From: an uncultured Gemmatimonadales bacterium
GTDB lineage: Bacteria > Gemmatimonadota > Gemmatimonadetes > Gemmatimonadales > Gemmatimonadaceae
DNA: 64,000 nucleotides
Assembly: GCA_963707505.1 (NCBI GenBank)
Contig: CAVPQB010000004.1
Location: forward strand, 704,001 to 768,000
Reading direction: 5' to 3'
The position numbers and the translations under genes were made by a program. A model generated the notes under the pieces. It made no database searches, had not been told where the DNA came from, and worked only from the letters and a program-made list of their open reading frames with translations. Numbering within the stretch: the first letter of the stretch is position 1; each line of letters begins with the position of its first letter. Shown in pieces: positions 56,725-64,000 of this stretch.

Positions 56725-58197
56725 ATGAAATTTGGGACGCATGGACTCGAGCGTATGCGGAACGTGTGCAGCAACACGGCAGTCGCAACACTCGCATTGC
56801 TCTGCCTGTCATCGAGCTTGCAGTCACAACCGGTAATCGGCCGCATCTTTCCCGCGAGTGAGTTTGCGGCGCGCCGAGCAGCTGTCATGAAGTCGATCGG
56901 GGATGGACTCGCGATCATTCAGGGCACCACGGAGCGCCCCGGCGAGCAACCATTACGCCAGAACAACGAATTCTATTATCTGACCGGAGTCATCGAGCCT
57001 CGAGCGATCCTGATGATCGACGGACGCACGAAAAAGTCTACGCTGTTCCTGAGCCCGACCAACGAGAAGCGCGAGCTTTCCATGTTTGGGCCATCGCTCA
57101 TACCCGGCGATTCCGCGGAGAAGGATAGCGGCATCGAGTCCGTTGTGGAGCGGGACAAGTTCGGACCCGCGCTCATCGCGGCAGGGACTGCGGGAAGGCA
57201 GATCTTCACGCCGTTCCGCGCGGAAGTGCTCGGAAGCGCGTCGGCTGCCGACCCGGTTGCACTGGCTCGCGCAACCAAGGCCGATCCGTGGGACGGTCGC
57301 GAGTCGCGCGAGGAAGCATTCCAGCAGAAGATGAAGGCGGCGGCACCGTCGATCGAGATCAAGAACCTCGATCCGATCATCGACACTCTCCGGGCGATCA
57401 AGAGTCCGCGCGAGATCGAGATCATTCGCGAAGCGACCAACATCGCCGGCCTCGGCATCATGGAAGCCATGCGTGACGCCAAACCTGGCATGCACGAGTA
57501 CGAGCTACAGGCGGATGCGGAGTTCGTGTTCAAGAAGCACGGTTCCTATGGGCCGGCCTACTTCGCACTCATCGCGACGGGAAAGAACACGTACTACACC
57601 CACTACCACAAGGACACCGCCATATTGCGGGATGGCGATCTGGTGCAGTTCGACTACGCGCCGGACTACAACTACTACACGTCGGATGTCACGCGCATCT
57701 TTCCGGCGAACGGGAAGTTCACAGCCCGACAGAAGGAGATGTACAACATCTACCTCCGGCTGTATCAGGCGCTCATGACGTCGATCAAGCCGTACGTCTC
57801 CGCCAACGACATTGCGCAGGAAGCGGTCGGCAAGATGGAGAAGATCGTCGCCAACTACAAGTTCAGCGACAGCAAGATCAAGGATGCGGCGAACTCGTTC
57901 ATCGACCTCTACCGCGGAAAAACAGTACGCGCCCTTGGTCATACTGTCGGAATGTCGGTCCACGACACGCCGTATGCGGGCGCGACTCTCCAGCCCGGCG
58001 AGATCTTCACCATCGAGCCGGAGATGAGGATTCCCGACGAGCATCTCGGATTCCGTCTCGAAGACATGCTGCTGATCACCAAGACGGGATACGTGAACAT
58101 GTCCGGATTCGTGCCAGTTGAAGTCGCCGACATCGAGAAGTTGATGGCGCAGCGTGGTCTGAGCGACGTCGCGCTCAAGCTCCCAGCAGCAAAATGA
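56725..58197 (+). CDS. Exported Xaa-Pro aminopeptidase (M24B)
   Basis: RQNNEFYYLTG, LRAIKSPRE, FDYA, SDVTR, GHTVGMSVHD, TIEP, RLED; start uncertain. Confidence 0.92.
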   Translation: MKFGTHGLERMRNVCSNTAVATLALLCLSSSLQSQPVIGRIFPASEFAARRAAVMKSIGDGLAIIQGTTERPGEQPLRQNNEFYYLTGVIEPRAILMIDGRTKKSTLFLSPTNEKRELSMFGPSLIPGDSAEKDSGIESVVERDKFGPALIAAGTAGRQIFTPFRAEVLGSASAADPVALARATKADPWDGRESREEAFQQKMKAAAPSIEIKNLDPIIDTLRAIKSPREIEIIREATNIAGLGIMEAMRDAKPGMHEYELQADAEFVFKKHGSYGPAYFALIATGKNTYYTHYHKDTAILRDGDLVQFDYAPDYNYYTSDVTRIFPANGKFTARQKEMYNIYLRLYQALMTSIKPYVSANDIAQEAVGKMEKIVANYKFSDSKIKDAANSFIDLYRGKTVRALGHTVGMSVHDTPYAGATLQPGEIFTIEPEMRIPDEHLGFRLEDMLLITKTGYVNMSGFVPVEVADIEKLMAQRGLSDVALKLPAAK

Positions 58198-58216
58198 AAC
58201 GGTAGGATCGCAGAGT

Positions 58217-60163
58217 TTGGTGCGTTATGAACCCACTTCAATTATCGAGCAAGCCTTGACGCTCACTAAAAGCATTTCAAATCGAATCACCCTTTCGGTC
58301 ATGACGGCCGGACTGCTGGGCGCAGTCGTTGCAACCGCAGTCGTGCGCCGCCAAAAGCCACACGCCGCGGCCGGCCTGGACACTCACGCAACCGTACATC
58401 GCGCGGTAGCGCACGACGTCTCCGGTGTGCTGAGCGCCAACAACTACCGTCCGTCCCGATTGGAAGAGAGCGGTGATCCTGATGACATTCCGCCCAACGC
58501 AGTGGCGCCCGACCCGGGCGGCGAGCGTGAGATCGCAGACACGACGATAGTGCCGGCGCCGATCGTGATTCCGAAAGGTGGTGAGAAGGTAGAGCAGCAC
58601 GGCCAGGGAACGCGATCGGCACCCGTGCTCTTCGCAAGCTTTGGCGGCCTCGGCGCCGACTTCGTCGGACCGCAAGGCAATGCTGTGATGCGGAGTCCTG
58701 CTGACAACAGTCTCGCAGTGGGGCGCGATTACATCGTTCAGCTCGTCAATTCACGAATGGCGATCTACACAAAGAAGGGTGCACTGTTCGACACGACCGG
58801 CAAGGTGTTGTACGGGCCGGTGGAGACGAACAACATCTTCAAGGGATTTGGCGGTGCTTGCGAGGCGCACAACAACGGCGATGCGGTCGTACGCTACGAT
58901 CAGCTTGCCGATCGCTGGCTGATAGTGATGCCCATCTTCACCAGGTTGCCGCGCCGCGCGGTCGAACCAGTAGCTCCCAAGGCGGGAGATCCGGCGGATC
59001 TGAGCCAGAAGGGACAGGCAGGACAGCCTGGCAAGGCTGTCGAGCTCTATCAGCCACCGCAGGCGCACCCGACTGAACTTCCTGCAGAAGGTCCACAGAG
59101 ACGTCGTCCAGCCACGCGACCGCCGGCAGACAGCGGTGGTTATGCGATGTGTTACGCCGTGAGCACCACGTCGAGCCCATTCGGTCCTTACTATCGCTAC
59201 GAGTTCGCGCGTCCGCTCTTTCCCGATTATCCGCGTCCAGCGATCTGGCCGGACGGATATTATGTCCCGACGAGCACCGGCGACGCTGTAATCCAGAAGC
59301 ACGCATGTGTCGCAGACCGAGCCAGGATGTTGAAGGGCGAGGATGCGACGGAGCAGTGCATGATCGTCGACGATGTGAGCTTCCTCAACAACGCCGACGT
59401 GGATGGAACGCAGCTTCCGCCAGCCGGCGCGCCGAATATCGTGATGGCGACGGGTGGAACTCAGCTCAAGAAGATCTTCGAGGACGACGGGATTTACGTC
59501 TGGAAGTACCACGTCGACTGGAACGATCCATCACGCACCACGCTCACGGGCCCGGAGAAGATCACGGTCGCGCCTTATCACTTTCTCTGCAACGGACAAC
59601 TCACGAATTGCGTTCCACAACCGGGAACCGACCATCGCATCGATGCCCAGGGTGACAAGCTCATGACGCGCCTCGTGTATCGGCGCATCGGTAACCAGGA
59701 GTCGATCGTCGGCGTTCATTCCATCAACACCGCGCTCCGCGGCGGTGGTGTACGCTGGTATGAATTCCGTCTCGACAAGAGCCGCAACGTCAGCCTGTAT
59801 CAACAGGGCACGTTCGCGCCGGACTCCCTATATCGATGGATGCCGAGTCCGGCGATGGACAAGAACGGCAACATCGGAATCGGCTACTCATTCGGTGGGA
59901 AGACGGACTTCGTCGGTCAGCGTTTCGCAGGGCGATTGGCAGGCGATCCGAAGGGAAAGCTGACGTTGCGCGAGACGACGCTTGTCGATGGCGAGGCGGC
60001 GCAGGAATCGACGTTACGCTGGGAAGACTACACCCAGACGGCAATGGATCCGAGCGACGACTGCACGATCTGGTACGTTGGCGACTATCTGCTGAAGGGC
60101 GAGACGCGCTACTCGACCAGGATCGGCGCATTCCGCATGCCGGGGTGTGGCGGAGGCAGATAG
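58217..60163 (+). CDS. Uncharacterised exported beta-rich protein
   Basis: N-terminal hydrophobic segment; PADNSLAVG..YIVQLVN, GDAVVRYD, FPDYP, RWYEF, RWEDY; start uncertain. Confidence 0.8.
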   Translation: MVRYEPTSIIEQALTLTKSISNRITLSVMTAGLLGAVVATAVVRRQKPHAAAGLDTHATVHRAVAHDVSGVLSANNYRPSRLEESGDPDDIPPNAVAPDPGGEREIADTTIVPAPIVIPKGGEKVEQHGQGTRSAPVLFASFGGLGADFVGPQGNAVMRSPADNSLAVGRDYIVQLVNSRMAIYTKKGALFDTTGKVLYGPVETNNIFKGFGGACEAHNNGDAVVRYDQLADRWLIVMPIFTRLPRRAVEPVAPKAGDPADLSQKGQAGQPGKAVELYQPPQAHPTELPAEGPQRRRPATRPPADSGGYAMCYAVSTTSSPFGPYYRYEFARPLFPDYPRPAIWPDGYYVPTSTGDAVIQKHACVADRARMLKGEDATEQCMIVDDVSFLNNADVDGTQLPPAGAPNIVMATGGTQLKKIFEDDGIYVWKYHVDWNDPSRTTLTGPEKITVAPYHFLCNGQLTNCVPQPGTDHRIDAQGDKLMTRLVYRRIGNQESIVGVHSINTALRGGGVRWYEFRLDKSRNVSLYQQGTFAPDSLYRWMPSPAMDKNGNIGIGYSFGGKTDFVGQRFAGRLAGDPKGKLTLRETTLVDGEAAQESTLRWEDYTQTAMDPSDDCTIWYVGDYLLKGETRYSTRIGAFRMPGCGGGR

Positions 60164-60175
60164 TAGATTCCGCAC

Positions 60176-61150
60176 ATGCGACGTACGCCGTACGAGTTGA
60201 CTGCGTGCCCGGTGTGTGGATCGACGCAAAGCATTGAAATCGCGGATCACGACGCAATCCAGCGGGAGCGCGAGCGGTTGTGGGAGTTTCACGACCGCCG
60301 CCTCCGCGATGGAATCCCGCCCGAGCGTCTGATGGACCGCGTCACGTTCTCGCAGGAGGCACCATTGCGGCTGGTCCGCTGTGCGGCCTGCGCGCACGTG
60401 TATCGCAATCCCATCGAGCGCGAGAAAGCGCTTCTCGCGGACTACAAGGGCAACGGCCCGAGCGACGCCGTATTGCGCAAGTTGTTCGACACGCAGCGCG
60501 AGACCTACACCGCGCAGGTGCGACGACTCAAGGACGTCGCCGGCGAGAGCGGCCGCGGACTCGAGGTCGGGAGCTATGCAGGCGGCTTTCTTGCCGCAGC
60601 ACGGGATGGCGGATGGGATTTCGAGGGCGCCGACATCAGCGCGCGCGCAGCCGCGTTCGCGGAGCAAAACGGTCTCGTCGTCACGGTTGGTGGAATCACC
60701 GACGTCGTCGCGACGCGCCCCCTCGACGCAATCGCGATCTGGAATACGTTCGAGCAGATGTATGATTGCCGTGCCGCCGTGGCAGCGGCGCACAGCTTAC
60801 TCCGGAAGGACGGCATCTTCGTCGTGCGCGTTCCGAATGCCCATTTCTACGAACGGTGGCGTGCCAGGCTGGATGGACCGGCCGCGGGACTCGCGGAACG
60901 CCTGTTAGTGCACAACAATCTGCTGGCCTTTCCGTATCGACAGGGCTTCAGCCGGCGGTCGCTCACTCGCCTGTTGTCGGAAAACAGCTTTGAGACCGTT
61001 CGCATCGTCGGTGATACGCTCGCGGCGATCTCCGATGAATGGACTACGACGCTGGGTCGCACGGAAGAGCGCGTCGTCAAGCGAGCGGAGCGATTGCTTC
61101 AGCACGGGTGGCACGCCCCGTGGGTCGAGGTTTACGCCCGCGCGGCGTGA
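60176..61150 (+). CDS. Class I SAM-dependent methyltransferase with CxxC pairs
   Basis: CPVC and CAAC, LEVGSYAGGF motif I, GADIS, VRVPN. Confidence 0.88.
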   Translation: MRRTPYELTACPVCGSTQSIEIADHDAIQRERERLWEFHDRRLRDGIPPERLMDRVTFSQEAPLRLVRCAACAHVYRNPIEREKALLADYKGNGPSDAVLRKLFDTQRETYTAQVRRLKDVAGESGRGLEVGSYAGGFLAAARDGGWDFEGADISARAAAFAEQNGLVVTVGGITDVVATRPLDAIAIWNTFEQMYDCRAAVAAAHSLLRKDGIFVVRVPNAHFYERWRARLDGPAAGLAERLLVHNNLLAFPYRQGFSRRSLTRLLSENSFETVRIVGDTLAAISDEWTTTLGRTEERVVKRAERLLQHGWHAPWVEVYARAA

Positions 61151-61168
61151 CTGGCTACGGATCGATCG

Positions 61169-62584
61169 TCACGCCGCCACTCCGGCGTCATTGCTGAATT
61201 GCATCACCGGAAGCCTGACGGTGAAGCAGGCGCCGTGACCCGAATCATTGGCGGAGATGGTTCCGCCGTGCCTCGTCACGATGTCGGCTACCATCCAGAG
61301 TCCGAGGCCGGTGCCCTTGCCACTGGGCTTCGTCGTGAAGAATCGCTCGAAGACACGCTCCGCGGCACCGGGTGCGAATCCAGGTCCGCTGTCCTCGACT
61401 GACAGAACTGCTGTAGCGCCTTCTTCCACGACACGAATCCGAATTACGCGGTCACTGCTTTGCGACTCCATCGCCTGCGTCGCGTTGATGATCAGATTGA
61501 TGAGCATTCGCTCCAGTGCGCTTGCATCGCCGTTCACCGAGATTGCAGGGGTTTCTCGATCCCTCTCGATCGTGACGCGCCGCTCGCGCAACAACGAACG
61601 AAGTGTAGCGACGCTTCTCGTGATCACATCTCCCAGCAGCACCGGAGCGGGCTCCGTCTCTCCCTTGCGTGCAAAAGCAAGCAGATCGTGCAGGGCGGTT
61701 GCGGTGCGCCGCGCGTCGTCTGCAATCGCTGTTGCTTCCTCGCGATCCGCTGGATCGGCGAGACCGCGGCCGAGCATTTCAGCAGACAGGGCGATCGCTG
61801 TGAGCGGGCTGTTCACCTCGTGCGCAACGCACGCGGCAAGGGTTCCGAGTGCGGCAAGCTTGTCAGCTTCCTGCAGGCGAATAGATAGCTCCCGCTGTTC
61901 CGTATTGCGCACGATCTGGGCGGCGAGTGCACGTCTGAGAACGTGCTCATGCCACGCGCTGACGTACGTCGCGACAACTCCGGCAGCGGCGAGGAGCACG
62001 AGCTTCATGCCCTCGTCGAGGATGGCCACGTTCGCCGATCCCGCTGCGGTGATCGGATCAGACCAGAGCGTAACATGCGCGGATTGCACGAGAATCAACA
62101 GCGCGCCAACGTATTCACCGGTGATGCACGCAGCCGTGATTCCGGTGGAGCGTGCCGACCCCATGATTGGGCGCGCCGCCAGGATGGCGAAATACACGAG
62201 CGTGATCGGCGCCTTGAGCGCGACGGAAGGGGAGCCGAGCAGTCCGTAGCACAGGATGATCGCTGTAACGGCGCTGGCGTCGATGATCGGGGCGATTGCG
62301 GAGAGCCAGTGCGGATAGGTGCCATCGCGCTTGCGGCCCAGTGATGCGAGAACGACGGACCACAACAGCATGGGCGCCAGGACTGCGGCGTTGGCTCCGC
62401 GGAGAGGGCGCGGCAGCGCAGTGGAGTAGGCGAGCGCCGCGACGGTCAGTACGACGACTATCACCAGCCGCAGCACATTCAGCAGCCGCTCGGCCCGCGC
62501 TCGCTCGGCGCCGAGCAGAAATGCGAGCTCCTCATTGTCGGAGCGGGTCGGTGCGATCATGGGAGCTGGCGCTGTGGCGGGCAT
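61169..62584 (-). CDS. Membrane sensor histidine kinase
   Basis: Several TM segments, DKLAALGTLAACVAHEVNSPL, NATQAM, DSGPG, GTGLGL; start uncertain (62641, 62584 or 62560). Confidence 0.93.
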   Translation of the reverse strand: MPATAPAPMIAPTRSDNEELAFLLGAERARAERLLNVLRLVIVVVLTVAALAYSTALPRPLRGANAAVLAPMLLWSVVLASLGRKRDGTYPHWLSAIAPIIDASAVTAIILCYGLLGSPSVALKAPITLVYFAILAARPIMGSARSTGITAACITGEYVGALLILVQSAHVTLWSDPITAAGSANVAILDEGMKLVLLAAAGVVATYVSAWHEHVLRRALAAQIVRNTEQRELSIRLQEADKLAALGTLAACVAHEVNSPLTAIALSAEMLGRGLADPADREEATAIADDARRTATALHDLLAFARKGETEPAPVLLGDVITRSVATLRSLLRERRVTIERDRETPAISVNGDASALERMLINLIINATQAMESQSSDRVIRIRVVEEGATAVLSVEDSGPGFAPGAAERVFERFFTTKPSGKGTGLGLWMVADIVTRHGGTISANDSGHGACFTVRLPVMQFSNDAGVAA

Positions 62585-62924
62585 TGTCTTTAAGGGTCGG
62601 CCAGCCGTATCGGGACTGTAGCCGGCAATTGCTATTTTCATGGCACCATGCTGGAATTTCCGCACAACGTGCTGTTGGAGAGCCCAAGTAACGCCCCACA
62701 GGCGCGGCGTGGACAGGTCGGAACTCCGGCACCGCTGTGGGAGGCGAGCGGCGGATAGCCGCCGCGTTATCTTTTAGGTGCTCGCGTCGCCAGCGCAGTG
62801 CATGGTTCCGGGATCGATGGCTCGTTTGGGTCTCACATCCAACAGTCATGGTCGGGCGCCAGGCGCACGATATTTGCGACCGCCCCTCAACGCCTTTGCC
62901 CGGCCTTGCCGTAACTCAGCCTCG

Positions 62925-63353
62925 GTGAATACAGACGAAGGAAGCGCGTTAGTCCTTGTTGTCGAGCGCGATCCATACGTGCGCGAGCTCGAATCGTTCT
63001 TTTTGAACGAAGCTGGCTATTCGGTCGACTTTGCGGAAGACGGCATCGCCGCGCTTGCGCTCGCACGCGAACTACGTCCGGCCATCATCGTGACGGAGAT
63101 CATGGTTCCAAAGCTCGATGGCCTGGCATTGTGCCGCGCCATCAGGCAGGATCCCGAACTCGCGGACACCGTAGTGCTGATATTCAGCATTCTCGCCGCG
63201 CATGGGCGAGCACGCGATGCCGGTGCTGACGCCTTTCTGATCAAGCCGCTGGTCGAGCAGCGGCTGGTACAAACTGTTCGTGAGCTGTTGGAGAGGAGAT
63301 CGGCGATGACTCCGCGTACAGTGTCAGGAACGCATTCGGATCAGCGCCCATGA
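62925..63353 (+). CDS. Stand-alone atypical receiver protein (Asp to Glu at the phosphosite)
   Basis: LVVERDP...IIVTEIMVPKLDG...GADAFLIKP; GTG start. Confidence 0.88.
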   Translation: MNTDEGSALVLVVERDPYVRELESFFLNEAGYSVDFAEDGIAALALARELRPAIIVTEIMVPKLDGLALCRAIRQDPELADTVVLIFSILAAHGRARDAGADAFLIKPLVEQRLVQTVRELLERRSAMTPRTVSGTHSDQRP

Positions 63354-63381
63354 ACAACACATTTGCGAATGAGTCAGTGTC

Positions 63382-64000
63382 ATGAACGACTCCGTCGAGT
63401 TTCCGCGCATAAGTACGGGCAACCCACAGGCCGACTCGATTCTTGGCGGCGGATTTCCCTCGAATTCCATCAACATCATCATGGGACAACCTGGTACGGG
63501 GAAGACCGTTTTCGCCGAGCAGCTGTTGTTTCACAATGCGAATTCGGAACGGCCGCTGCTGTATCTGACAACGCTGTCGGAGCCGATGACGAAAGTCGTG
63601 AGCTACGCGCAGCGACTCGGCTTCTTCGACGTTGACCAGATCGGAACCGCGGTGCTTTATGATGACCTTGGTGCGGAGCTGGTCGCAAAGGGGCCCCGCG
63701 CGCTGGTTCCACACGTGCTGGACGCCATCAAGCAACTGTCGCCTTCGGTGATCGTAATCGATTCGTTCAAGGCGATCCACGACCTTGCGGAGTCTACACC
63801 AGAGATGAGGGGAATCATCTCGGACCTTGCTGGAGTTGTTTCAGCCTACGACATGACTGTGTTTCTCCTGGGGGAGTACACGCAGGAGAACATCGAAGAA
63901 TATCCGGAATTCGCAGTGGCGGATTCGATCGTTCAGCTCGAGCGGGACGCGCTTGGCGCACGCGACGAGCGGTATTTCCGGGTGTTGAAGTTGCGGGGCA
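63382..64000 (+). CDS. KaiC/RAD55-family ATPase, truncated by the window edge
   Basis: RISTGNPQADSILGGGFP, Walker A GQPGTGKT, LSEP, Walker B IVIDS, VADSIV, KLRG. Confidence 0.92.
   Translation, partial: MNDSVEFPRISTGNPQADSILGGGFPSNSINIIMGQPGTGKTVFAEQLLFHNANSERPLLYLTTLSEPMTKVVSYAQRLGFFDVDQIGTAVLYDDLGAELVAKGPRALVPHVLDAIKQLSPSVIVIDSFKAIHDLAESTPEMRGIISDLAGVVSAYDMTVFLLGEYTQENIEEYPEFAVADSIVQLERDALGARDERYFRVLKLRG

Noticed and set aside
5959..59512. Many long antisense or alternate-frame ORFs (e.g. 5959-7047, 10427-11701, 42147-43424)
   Set aside because: Shadow ORFs of high-GC genes with no recognisable motifs, lying opposite well-supported genes
63382..64000. Circadian clock
   Set aside because: Only a partial KaiC-like domain is visible, with no kaiA or kaiB in the window

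Overview
High-GC bacterial chromosomal window. Gene content and protein style (SusC/SusD pair, VPS10/BNR proteins, Ser/Thr kinase with TolB-N-like tail, plug-only proteins) suggest Gemmatimonadota, which is an inference. The left part is mostly housekeeping: lon, ffh-rpsP-rimM-trmD, then rplS-rnhB-purE-purK-marC running into a GH18-CE4-GT2 polysaccharide fusion gene. The middle has an RND efflux operon whose permease is broken by many indels (probably consensus errors), tRNA-Lys(UUU), a divergent nucleotidyltransferase/metallophosphoesterase pair, a PilB/GspE-type ATPase fused to a receiver domain, moaC, holB, pfpI and a wHTH-linked uppS paralogue. The right part is a cluster of exported peptidases, SusCD and two VPS10 proteins. 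Three of its promoter regions carry the same 15-bp palindrome (YGKATAY-N-RTATCCR, four copies), my best candidate for an undescribed system: a co-regulated peptide-uptake regulon. The window ends in an Asp-to-Glu pseudo-receiver and a KaiC-like ATPase. I also found a dispersed dRS3/REP-like repeat, two gene relics, two doubly coupled micro-ORFs and a terminator inside the csp leader. I saw no CRISPR array, integrase or transposase. All functional calls come from reading motifs by eye; no searches were run.
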